Shown here: positions 7,818 through 16,301 of the stretch, one piece after another
Numbering within the stretch: the first letter of the stretch is position 1
How the letters are laid out: each line of letters begins with the position of its first letter
Origin: an uncultured Thermoplasmatales archaeon
GTDB taxonomy: Archaea > Thermoplasmatota > SW-10-69-26
Length of the DNA stretch: 30,560 nucleotides
Assembly (NCBI GenBank): GCA_964492585.1
Contig: CAZBKU010000002.1
Coordinates: 1-30,560 of the forward strand
Reading direction: 5' to 3'
Made by a program: the position numbers and the translations under genes
The notes under the pieces: model-generated
Told to the model about the DNA's origin: nothing
What the model saw: the letters and a program-made list of their open reading frames with translations, nothing else
Databases searched by the model: none

Positions 7818-9023
7818 ATGCGACGGGCGCTCCTCCTGGTCGGCCTGCTCCTTCTGGCAGGCTGCACCAGCCAGCCGGCTCCCACCGACCAAGACCAGCC
7901 GGCCTACGCTTGGAGCTCGACCAGGGTGGATCTCGACGGCGACGGGCGCTACGACCACGTCAACCTGACCCTGGTGGCCAGCCAGGCGCCGGTGGCCAGC
8001 CAGGAGGTCGAGGTCCTGATGGATGGCTCGCCGGCCGACCCGGTCCAGGGGTTGGGCGGGGGCCCCTGGCGGCCCGGCCAGGGCCTCCTCTTCACGTGTC
8101 CAGAGGGGATCCACGAGTACCAGGTGCTGATCGACGGCGAGCTGCGCAAGCTGGTCGTCCACGAGTGCGGGGTCGAGGTCCCGGTGGCGCCCCCGTCCTT
8201 CGAGGGGCGCGTGGTGGATGGGGACGCCGATGGCCGCAAGGACGCCGTCCAGCTCAGCCTGGTGAGCGGGGGACCGATCGATCCCCGCAGCCTGTCCGTG
8301 ACCGTCGACGATCGTGAGGTCCGGGTCTACGCCACCGCTTTGAAGAGCCGGGTCGCCGGGGAGCCGCTGGGCAACGGGTCGCGGGTCTACACGCCCTGTT
8401 GGCCGGGTGCCAACCAGGTGAACGTGACCTGGCGAGAGAACGCCCTGCCCGGTCTGCAGCTCTCAGGGTGTCAAGCTCACATCCCGGGGGTCGACGCCCC
8501 ACTGGTCGTGGACCAGCTCGATGTGGACGACGATGGTGTCCAGGATGGCTGGCGGTTAACGCTGGCTGCCCCCAACGACGGTGGTTTCCCGTTGGAGAAC
8601 CTGAACGCGACCTGGGACCGGACCCGCGCCCAGCTCAACGGGTCGGTGGGCCTGACCCCGCCACCCGAGCGGTGGGAGACCGGTGAGGGCCTGGTGGCGT
8701 CGTGCCCGGCCGACGGGAGCCACGCCTTCGCCCTGGCCATCGGACCCACGCCGGTCTTCCAGGGCCTGACGACGTGCGAGGCCCCGCCTGGTCGACCGTT
8801 GCTCGAGCTGGGCCTAGCAGCCGAGGACGACATGCTGAAGGCCACCCTCCTGCTGACCCGGATCGACCCCCTCAACGCCAGCCGGCTGGTGACCGCGGAT
8901 GGGGAGACCGTGGGCCAGGGGAGCTGGGGGGTCGGAGAGGAGCGAGTCATGGGCTGTCCCGGTGGGAACCTGACGCTGGTCTACGAGGACCGGCTGGCCT
9001 ACCGTGGGCCGGTCCCCTGCTAG
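7818..9023 (+). CDS. Putative surface lipoprotein with four internal repeats
   Basis: Lipobox LLLAGC, repeated DxDxDG and W..G...CP.G units, seven N-x-S/T sequons. Confidence 0.75.
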   Translation: MRRALLLVGLLLLAGCTSQPAPTDQDQPAYAWSSTRVDLDGDGRYDHVNLTLVASQAPVASQEVEVLMDGSPADPVQGLGGGPWRPGQGLLFTCPEGIHEYQVLIDGELRKLVVHECGVEVPVAPPSFEGRVVDGDADGRKDAVQLSLVSGGPIDPRSLSVTVDDREVRVYATALKSRVAGEPLGNGSRVYTPCWPGANQVNVTWRENALPGLQLSGCQAHIPGVDAPLVVDQLDVDDDGVQDGWRLTLAAPNDGGFPLENLNATWDRTRAQLNGSVGLTPPPERWETGEGLVASCPADGSHAFALAIGPTPVFQGLTTCEAPPGRPLLELGLAAEDDMLKATLLLTRIDPLNASRLVTADGETVGQGSWGVGEERVMGCPGGNLTLVYEDRLAYRGPVPC

Positions 9024-9027
9024 CGGT

Positions 9028-9228
9028 TCAACCCTCGGACCTCTCATCAGCGGCCTGCTCGCGGGTCTCCTGCTTGAGCTGCTCGAGATAGTGCTCAGCG
9101 AAGTCCTCGAGCGGGACCAGATCGAGCAGACCGTTGATGAGGTCGTCGTAGGTCGCCCGGCCCATCTTGTAGCGCGTCAGGCGCTCGTGGGTCTCGGGCT
9201 TGACCGGGATGGTCTTCCAGTCACCCAT
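9028..9228 (-). CDS. Small ribbon-helix-helix/antitoxin-like DNA-binding protein
   Basis: KTIPVKPETHERL...K...TYDDLI..LL pattern of archaeal RHH/VapB-like proteins; AT-rich promoter upstream. Confidence 0.65.
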   Translation of the reverse strand: MGDWKTIPVKPETHERLTRYKMGRATYDDLINGLLDLVPLEDFAEHYLEQLKQETREQAADERSEG

Positions 9229-9249
9229 GTTTCAACTGGAGTTCCAAAC

Positions 9250-9266
9250 GTTATAACAGTTATAAG
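9250..9266. promoter_or_regulatory. Tandem GTTATAA boxes (TATA/operator)
   Basis: GTTATAAC palindrome at 9250-9257 and GTTATAAG at 9259-9266, 22-38 nt upstream of ATG 9228. Confidence 0.55.
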
Positions 9267-9328
9267 GTTGTCTGAAGACGGCTGACGTTCGGTCGACAGG
9301 GCGGGGGCTGAACACCATGAACTGCCGC

Positions 9329-10204
9329 TTAGGCTCGCCCCTTGGTGCCGCGGCCAACCGAGCCCCGCCAGATCAAGACCTCGCCGAGGACCAGCGTCGG
9401 GAGGCCGGCGGCGACCATACGCCAGTGGTAGCTGGAGCGTCGGTCCTCGGCCGCCTCGACCCGGTCGGCCTGGCTCTCGGCGCTCGGTGATACGTGGGCC
9501 TCCCAGACCTTCTCCCGTTCGACCAGGGGCTTCTGGACGGTCCACGGCACCGGGATCCCGTCGACGGTGGGGTAGATCTCCTTCCAGAGCACCTCGTAGG
9601 TCTGGTGATCGACCACGGTGCCGGTCACCGGTTCGACGTGGACGGTCCGTTCGACGGCGCGGTACCAGGTCAGCCCGTCCTCTGGATGGAAGAACTGGTT
9701 GCCGTGGTAGGCCTCGTAGACCAGAAGCTCCAAGCCTCCCCGCTCGACGCTCCCCGTCAGGGTGAGGTTGTCGTGAGCGCCGGCATAGACGCCCTCCTCA
9801 AGCTCCCAGGGCACGGCTAGGTAGATGTTGCGGGGGGCCTCGCGGAGGTAGGGGGTCGGCGGGAAGCCGGTGCGCACGCCCTCTTCCTCGGTGAGCTCGT
9901 AGTCCTCGTGGATGGTGAACGTGAAGCGGTCGCCGCGGGGCGAATGGGGTCCCTCGACGGTCTGTTCGAACCTCAGGTCCTCGCCGGCCTGGGCCAGCCG
10001 GACCCGGTCCGTGCGGGTGGCCTGCTGCCAACCCTCCCCGGGGGACCAGTAGCGGATCGCCTCCTCGGTGGTGTGTTCCTCGCCGGCCTGGGGCCCCAGG
10101 GACTGGGGCACGATGGCGAACGCCAGGGCGCCGGCTCCTGCGACCAGCAAGACGCCGATCACGATCTGGCCGGCCCGGAGGGCCAGCGGCCACGTACCAC
10201 GCAC
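9329..10204 (-). CDS. DUF3068 (PorA family)-like membrane-anchored protein
   Basis: RTVHVEPVTGTVVD motif; hydrophobic helices at both ends. Start uncertain (GTG 10204 or TTG 10231). Confidence 0.6.
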   Translation of the reverse strand: MRGTWPLALRAGQIVIGVLLVAGAGALAFAIVPQSLGPQAGEEHTTEEAIRYWSPGEGWQQATRTDRVRLAQAGEDLRFEQTVEGPHSPRGDRFTFTIHEDYELTEEEGVRTGFPPTPYLREAPRNIYLAVPWELEEGVYAGAHDNLTLTGSVERGGLELLVYEAYHGNQFFHPEDGLTWYRAVERTVHVEPVTGTVVDHQTYEVLWKEIYPTVDGIPVPWTVQKPLVEREKVWEAHVSPSAESQADRVEAAEDRRSSYHWRMVAAGLPTLVLGEVLIWRGSVGRGTKGRA

Positions 10205-10307
10205 ACCTGGTTGGTGGAGGGGCGCCTTCAAGAACGTTGTGGCGGGCCCCTTGACCGACCCAGTCTAGAGTTAAGACGCCAGCGAGGGTTGACGGCTTAG
10301 GGATACC

Positions 10308-10733
10308 ATGACCGACTGCCTCTTCTGCAAGATCGTGGCCGGCGAGATCCCGGCCCAGACCGTCTACCAGGACGACGACGTGGTGGCCTTCCTGGACATC
10401 AACCCGCTGGCCAAGGGCCACATCCTGGTCATCCCGACGACACATGCCTCCCGCCTGGGCGAACTCGACGACGCGACGGCGAGCACCTACTTCGCCAAGA
10501 TCCCGGCGATCACCCAGGCCGTCGAGGACGCCGTCGGTGCAGACGGGGCCACCCTGGCCTGGAACGACGGACCCGCCGCCGGGCAGGAGGTCGACCACAC
10601 CCACCTGCACATCGTGCCACGTTGGACCAGCGACGCCCACGGCCCGATCCACGCCCTGTTCGGTGGCACTGAGGACCTCAGCGACGAGGAGCAGGCCAAG
10701 GTCCAAGAGGCGATCCGGGACCGGCTGGGATGA
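10308..10733 (+). CDS. HIT family nucleotide hydrolase
   Basis: CLFCKIVAGEIP start, FLDINP, and the histidine triad HTHLHIVPR. Confidence 0.95.
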   Translation: MTDCLFCKIVAGEIPAQTVYQDDDVVAFLDINPLAKGHILVIPTTHASRLGELDDATASTYFAKIPAITQAVEDAVGADGATLAWNDGPAAGQEVDHTHLHIVPRWTSDAHGPIHALFGGTEDLSDEEQAKVQEAIRDRLG

Positions 10734-10866
10734 CCAGGTTGTGAAGCCCCCACCCATGGCTTCATAGGGCTTGGCTTCCCGCCGGTCAATCATTCATAAT
10801 TCACGGAGAAAACCTAATAACGGGGTCTTCGCTGCTGCGGCCGTGACCGGTCCAACCCGTCCACGT

Positions 10867-11766
10867 ATGGTCTCGGCGGCGACCCTCCTGCTCGCCGGCC
10901 TGGCCGTGGCCCTGCTGCTCTCCCCTGCAGCCATCGCCCAGGAAGGCAACCACACCGCCGGCGAGGACGGCCACGGGCACCGCGCCTTGGAAGCCGGCGA
11001 GGACGTGGACATCCGGCTGGTCGCCGCTGTCGCCGGGGGAGCCGCTCTGGTGACCTTCGGTGGGGGCATGCTGGTCCTGACCGGTCGCCAGGTCAGCGAC
11101 CTGCGCATCCACCTGCTCCTGGGGATCACCGGCGGCCTTCTGCTATCGATCGCCTTCGTCGACCTGCTGCCCGCCGCACTTGAGAGCGATCACGGCACCC
11201 GGTGGACCATGGCCCTGGCCCTGCTGGGTTTGCTGGGCTTGCACCTGGCTGTCGGCGAGCGCCACGGTCACGACCACAGCGGGCACGAGGCCCACGCCCA
11301 CCACGAGACCAGTCCCGTGCACTCGGGCCAGCTGGCCCTGGTGGCGTTCCTGGCCCTAGCCGTCCATCGCTTGGTCGACGGGCTGGTCCTGCCCGCCGCC
11401 TTCGCCGCCGACACCAGCGCCGGGCTGGGTGCGGCCGGCGGGATCCTGCTCCACCAGCTGCCCGATGGCATCGCCGGTGCCTCGCTCTTCGTGGCCGCCG
11501 GCTGGTCGAAGGGCGACGTGGCCAAGGGGCTGGCCACCCTTGCCCTGTTCACCCCGCTCGGCGCCGGGGTCGGGCTCTTCCTCACCGGGATCTCGGGCAT
11601 CCTGCCGCACTTGATCGGCCTTGCGGCCGTCACCTTCATCTTCGTGGCCTTGGCCGAGCTGCTTCCCGAGCTCGAGAGCCCCCGGTACCGGTGGGTCGTG
11701 GCCGGCGGGTTCGTGATCGGCTACGGCCTGCTGGTGCTCCTCGAGCTGGCCACCGGGCACCTCTGA
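10867..11766 (+). CDS. ZIP family metal transporter with N-terminal extension
   Basis: GGLLLSIAFVDLLP, His-rich loop HGHDHSGHEAHAHH, metal-site helices HRLVDG and HQLPDG, and FVALAELLPE. ATG 10867 preferred. Confidence 0.85.
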   Translation: MVSAATLLLAGLAVALLLSPAAIAQEGNHTAGEDGHGHRALEAGEDVDIRLVAAVAGGAALVTFGGGMLVLTGRQVSDLRIHLLLGITGGLLLSIAFVDLLPAALESDHGTRWTMALALLGLLGLHLAVGERHGHDHSGHEAHAHHETSPVHSGQLALVAFLALAVHRLVDGLVLPAAFAADTSAGLGAAGGILLHQLPDGIAGASLFVAAGWSKGDVAKGLATLALFTPLGAGVGLFLTGISGILPHLIGLAAVTFIFVALAELLPELESPRYRWVVAGGFVIGYGLLVLLELATGHL

Positions 11767-11828
11767 CCCGGCGCTGACCCATGCACCTCCCGAAAGAGCC
11801 AAGTGGGACCACGCCGCCATCCGCTATC

Positions 11829-12119
11829 GTGGTCCTCGACTTCCTGAAGAACCTGTTCGGCGGCGACGAGATGGACCCCTACGAGCGCCAGGTCCTCGAA
11901 CAGGAGCACCGCAAGCTGGGCGGCAAGATCGCCGCCAAACGTGACGAGCTCTCCGGCGTGGAGACGACCAAGTCCAAGAAGAAGATGAACCCTCGCGCCA
12001 AGCAGATCATGGCCGAGATCGACCGGATGAAGAAACGGCAGCGGGAGATCGAGAAGCAGTTGGGCGGCAAGCCCAGCGGCCAGACCAAGTCGCGGCGCAA
12101 GCGGCGCTCGAAGCGCTGA
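11829..12119 (+). CDS. Small Lys/Arg-rich coiled-coil protein, unknown function
   Basis: MVLDFLKNLFGG... with a KSRRKRRSKR tail. GTG 11829 preferred; ATG 11781 is in frame. Confidence 0.65.
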   Translation: MVLDFLKNLFGGDEMDPYERQVLEQEHRKLGGKIAAKRDELSGVETTKSKKKMNPRAKQIMAEIDRMKKRQREIEKQLGGKPSGQTKSRRKRRSKR

Positions 12120-12121
12120 GG

Positions 12122-13144
12122 CTACAACCAGCCACCGATCGTCGGCAGGTCGAAGAAGTCCGGCTCGTACGCGGCGGCCAGCCATCTCTTGTCAGCGGGC
12201 ACCCTCTCGGCCTCCAACAGCGGGACCCGCAGCGCGATGCCGGCGGCCACCTCGGCCAGCAGCTGCTCGACGGCTTCCTCGATCGGTAGCGAGTACTCGG
12301 AGGCGTCGACCAGGTCGAAGGCCGAACCCATGAAACATTCCAGCCCCACCAGGCGCTCGAGCACGTCCCTGGCCGGTCCCTCCAGGCGCGGGGGTGGTTC
12401 GGGGATCTGGACAGTGTCAAGCGCCTCGGCGGCACCGTCCTCCTCGAACCGGAGCCGCCGGATCCCCTCGTCCTCCCGCTGCCAGAGCCGCCAGTCGAAC
12501 CCCGGGCCGGGGAGGACCATGGTCGGGACCACGGCCAGGTCGCCCTCGAAGGCGGCCAAGGCCTCGTCCCAGGCCGCCTCGGTGATGACCGGGTCCTCGA
12601 GGGCCTGCTGGCGCGCTTCGTCGGGATCGTGCCAGACGCCGGCCTGGCGGGCCAGGCGCTCGAACTCGGCGTGAGCGGCGGCCGCCAGCTCGGCGTGGTC
12701 GGCCAGCTCGACCGGTGGGACGGTCCGGGCGGCCAGACGCAGGGCCTGCGGGATCGGCGACGGTTGCAAGCTCTCGCCAGTGGTCTCTGGGTCCAGGCCG
12801 GGGCAGACCCGGTCGGCGTAGACCTCGACCCGCCGGCCGAAGTAGACGTGGAACGGGAACAGGCGGCAGTGACGGGGCCGGTTCTCGTAGGAGGTGCACG
12901 CCCGATCCTCCAACAGGACGCACCCACCGCAGCCTCCCTGCAGCGGCAGCCGACGTCCCCCCTGGGGGTCGACGCCGACCTGGGTCAGGCCGGTGTCCTC
13001 GTGGATGGCCTGCCACTCGGTGGGGGTCACGTGGGGCGGGTAGGTGCAGCAGAAGCCGCAGCCAGGTAGGCAGGCGAAGGCCTCGTGATCGAAGGCCAGG
13101 GTCGCGTGCTCCTGGAGCCAGGCGGCCGCGTCGGTCGCCGTCAC
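12122..13144 (-). CDS. YkgJ family cysteine-cluster protein with long C-terminal region
   Basis: CLPGCGFCC...CVLL...CTSYENRPRHCRLFPF...CPG signature. Start uncertain (GTG 13144 or TTG 13222). Confidence 0.85.
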   Translation of the reverse strand: MTATDAAAWLQEHATLAFDHEAFACLPGCGFCCTYPPHVTPTEWQAIHEDTGLTQVGVDPQGGRRLPLQGGCGGCVLLEDRACTSYENRPRHCRLFPFHVYFGRRVEVYADRVCPGLDPETTGESLQPSPIPQALRLAARTVPPVELADHAELAAAAHAEFERLARQAGVWHDPDEARQQALEDPVITEAAWDEALAAFEGDLAVVPTMVLPGPGFDWRLWQREDEGIRRLRFEEDGAAEALDTVQIPEPPPRLEGPARDVLERLVGLECFMGSAFDLVDASEYSLPIEEAVEQLLAEVAAGIALRVPLLEAERVPADKRWLAAAYEPDFFDLPTIGGWL

Positions 13145-13314
13145 AGGAGGCGCTTGACCGGCCAGGGCTAAGTAGCTGCCGGTCAGGGAGGCCCTGGCTA
13201 AGGAGGGACCACGAGGACCCAAGAACCCTCGAGTGAGTTATGAGTAGTTATCATATCTTGATATCTCTTCCTACATCTTCGTATCCTCCGGGGTCTGGTC
13301 CTTCGGGGCCAGGG

Positions 13315-14187
13315 CTAGGTCTCACCGAGGGCCGTCTCGATCTTCTCCCGCTGCTCTTCCAACCACGGCGGCAGGACGAGCGAGCCGCCCAGAGCGTCGG
13401 CGGGCTCATCGGCCATGAACCCAGGACCCGGGGTGGCCAGCTCGACGATGTGGCCGCCGGGGTCGCGGCTGTAAACCGAGCGGAAGTAGATGCGATCGAT
13501 CACCTCGGTGGCGCGGTGGCCGGCGTCGTGGAGCGACGTCTGCAGGGTCAGCTGGTGGTCGTCGTCCTGGGTCCCCAGGGCCACGTGGTGGACCGCGCCC
13601 GGACCCATCCGGGCCGGGTCCGGCGAGCCAGGCAGGAGCAGCAGCACGGGTCGGCCGTCGGGAGCGAGCACGCGCGCCGGTGCGCCATCGGCCTGCTCCA
13701 CGGTCAAGCCCAGGACCTCCTGGTAGAACGGGAGACGCTGATCCACGGCGCCGTAGATCCCGGCGTGGTGCAGGGCAGGGCCCTCGCGGTCGCCCTCGTA
13801 GAGCCGGAGGTGGAGGCCATCCGGATCGATGGTCTCCAAGCATGGGCCGTAGACGTCCCCGGTCTGCTGGACCGATCGGTCGTGGCCGGTCAGGCGCTCG
13901 GCTGCCTCGTCGAGGGGGAGGTCGGCCGGGAGGTTGAGCCCGACGTGCTGGGCGCTGTCGATACCGGGTCGTCCGGGCCGGGGGCTTGGCCACTCGAAGA
14001 AGGTGATCGTCGTGCCGGGCGTGCCCTGGGCATCGGCGTGGTAGGTGTGCCGGGACTCTGGTGCGTCGTGGTTGACGGTGTTCTTGACCAACCGGAAGCC
14101 CAGGTCGGCGTAGAAGCCCGTGGTCGTCTCCCAGTCCTGGCAGACACAGGTGATGTGGTGGAGGCCCATGGGCGGCGCCGGTGGCAT
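13315..14187 (-). CDS. VOC/glyoxalase family ring-cleaving dioxygenase (MhqO-like)
   Basis: GLHHITC, LVKNTVNHD, ITFFEW, GAVHHVA, VIDRIYFRSVYSRDPGGHIVELAT and LPPWLE. Start ATG 14187 or 14169. Confidence 0.88.
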   Translation of the reverse strand: MPPAPPMGLHHITCVCQDWETTTGFYADLGFRLVKNTVNHDAPESRHTYHADAQGTPGTTITFFEWPSPRPGRPGIDSAQHVGLNLPADLPLDEAAERLTGHDRSVQQTGDVYGPCLETIDPDGLHLRLYEGDREGPALHHAGIYGAVDQRLPFYQEVLGLTVEQADGAPARVLAPDGRPVLLLLPGSPDPARMGPGAVHHVALGTQDDDHQLTLQTSLHDAGHRATEVIDRIYFRSVYSRDPGGHIVELATPGPGFMADEPADALGGSLVLPPWLEEQREKIETALGET

Positions 14188-14194
14188 CGCTACC

Positions 14195-14474
14195 CTAGCA
14201 GCGGCCCGGACGAAGAGGTTGACGGAGCCCCTTGCCACCGGACGTAGGCCTCGGTGTTGTGCTCGGGTGGCTCGGCCGGGGCCATGCGTGGGGCCGGTGG
14301 GTGCGCCCGACGCCCCCGAACCGCTCGCGGACGTCGTCGATGTCGACGCCGGGGCCGTCGATGTGGACCACGTCCCCACGGGCGACCTCCCCTGGTTCCA
14401 CGCGGAGTTGGAACACGCCGGCGGTGCTGTCAGACCCCGGGGATCAGGCGACCGACGCGCCGTTCACGGATCAT
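14195..14474 (-). pseudogene. Possible frameshifted small beta-barrel protein gene
   Basis: MIRERRVGRLIPG (ATG 14474) joins SDSTAGVFQLRVEPGEVARGDVVHIDGP if one base is removed in the CCCCGGGG run at 14435-14442. Confidence 0.25.
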
Positions 14475-14655
14475 CGCTGTGTGTCTCGGAGATAAGACGA
14501 TGGTTCTTTATCAAAATGTCGAAGCTCCGTTCCATCTCTTCATATGTCGATATACTGACGTATCAGGGTCGGGAGGGGGTCGCCCGGCTGATGGATGCCC
14601 GGCAAGGGCCCTCACCGGTAGAAACCCTTAGGGTAGGGGCTCCTTTGGAGGCGTC

Positions 14656-15936
14656 GTGCGCGTCCACGTCGAGGTCCACGGTTGTGCCACCACCCAGGCC
14701 GAGGGGTCCACCCTCCGGGCCCTGGCCCAGCGCGCCGGACACGCGCTTGTGGACCAGCCGGCCGACGCTGACGCCGTGGTGCTTGTCACGTGCACCGTGG
14801 TGGACACCACCGAGCGCCGGATGCTCGAGCGGATCGGTGACCTCAGCCAGCAGGTCGACACCCTGGTCGTCAGCGGGTGCATGGCCTCGGCCCAGGAGGC
14901 CCGGATCCAGGAGGCCGCCCCGCACGCGCTGATCCTCCCGCCGGGCAACCTGGACCAGTTAGGCCCCTTGCTTGAGGAGGGTCGCTTCACGCCGGCCCCG
15001 GTGGACAAGGCCGGCCTGCCGCGCACCATCGAGGACGGGATCGCCACCATCGTGATCAACGACGGCTGCCTGTCCAAGTGCAGCTTCTGCATCACCAAGC
15101 TGGCCCGTCCAGGCCTGCGCTCCTACCCGGTCGAGAGCATCGTGGATGCCGTCCGGGAGGCCACCGAGCGCGGCGCCACCGAGGTCCGTCTGACCAGCAT
15201 GGACACCGGCGCCTACGGTCGCGACCTGGGCAAGACCCTGCCCGACCTGCTCCAAGCGGTGGCCGAGGTGGACGGAGACCACAAGGTCCGCTTGGGCATG
15301 CTCAACCCGTTCCTGGGCATCCCGTTCCTCGACGAGATGCTTGAGGTCCTGGCCGGCCCGACCTACTACGACTTCCTGCACATCCCGGTCCAGTCCGGCT
15401 CGGACACGATCCTGGACGACATGGACCGTCACCACACCGTCGAGGACTTCGAGCACGTCTGCCAGCGAGCCCGCGAGGTGCTCGACGAGCCGACCCTGTC
15501 CACCGACGTGATCGTGGGCTACCCCACCGAGACCGAGGAGGACCATCAGGCCACCGTCGACCTGCTGGAGCGCACCCGGCCCGGGCACGTCAACGTGACC
15601 CGCTTCTCGCCCCGACCCGGCACGCCAGCCTTCCGGCTGGAGGAGATCGACGGGTGGCGGGTCAAGGAGCGCTCCCGGGAGCTCTCCAAGGTCCGTGACG
15701 AGCTGCAGAACGAGCACCGGGCGCGCCTGATTGGCCGCACCGTCGAGGTCACCGCTGTCGAGCACATCGTCGATGGGACCACCCAGTGCCGGACCGACGC
15801 CTACGACCCCGTGGTCATCCCGGCCGAGCTGCCCGTCGGCACGCGCCTGGTGGGCCAAGTGACCGGGGCGACCAGGGCCCACGCCGAGGCCGAGCTCGTC
15901 GAGGTCCTCGAGCCTGGTCCGCGGGCTGTGGCCTGA
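14656..15936 (+). CDS. Archaeal MiaB-like tRNA methylthiotransferase (t6A37 C2-methylthiotransferase, CDKAL1/e-MtaB type)
   Basis: UPF0004 N-terminus (HGC, VTCTV, SGCM), radical-SAM CLSKCSFC, HIPVQSGS, FSPRPGTPA and a C-terminal TRAM-like region. Confidence 0.92.
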   Translation: MRVHVEVHGCATTQAEGSTLRALAQRAGHALVDQPADADAVVLVTCTVVDTTERRMLERIGDLSQQVDTLVVSGCMASAQEARIQEAAPHALILPPGNLDQLGPLLEEGRFTPAPVDKAGLPRTIEDGIATIVINDGCLSKCSFCITKLARPGLRSYPVESIVDAVREATERGATEVRLTSMDTGAYGRDLGKTLPDLLQAVAEVDGDHKVRLGMLNPFLGIPFLDEMLEVLAGPTYYDFLHIPVQSGSDTILDDMDRHHTVEDFEHVCQRAREVLDEPTLSTDVIVGYPTETEEDHQATVDLLERTRPGHVNVTRFSPRPGTPAFRLEEIDGWRVKERSRELSKVRDELQNEHRARLIGRTVEVTAVEHIVDGTTQCRTDAYDPVVIPAELPVGTRLVGQVTGATRAHAEAELVEVLEPGPRAVA

Positions 15937-15989
15937 AGCCCCCTGTTCCGACCAGGAAGGCTCTAGTAGACCCATGAGCCTGGACTCAT

Positions 15990-16301
15990 GTGAACATCCA
16001 TTCACTTGTCCGGTGCCTCGCCGATGAGACCCGGTTGACCGTGATCCAGGAGCTGGCCACCGAGGAGGAGCTGTGTGTCTCCGATCTGGTCGACCGGACC
16101 GGTAAGGAGCAGACCAACGTCAGCCACCATCTGGCCGAGCTGCGGACCTGCGGCCTCGTCGAGGGGCGCCAGGAGGGCCGGTTCGTCAACTACCGTCTGG
16201 CCCACCCGCGCCTGGGCAACGTCGTGGCCGACCTTGAGGCCTTGGCCGAGCACATCGCGTGCACAGAGCCTGAGGTCTGCCTGACCCAAGGGTGCTGCTG
16301 A
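15990..16301 (+). CDS. arsR: ArsR/SmtB family repressor
   Basis: LADETRL, CVSDL, VSHHLAELR and GRFVNYRL winged HTH; C-terminal C...C...CC; heads the ars cluster. Confidence 0.9.
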   Translation: MNIHSLVRCLADETRLTVIQELATEEELCVSDLVDRTGKEQTNVSHHLAELRTCGLVEGRQEGRFVNYRLAHPRLGNVVADLEALAEHIACTEPEVCLTQGCC

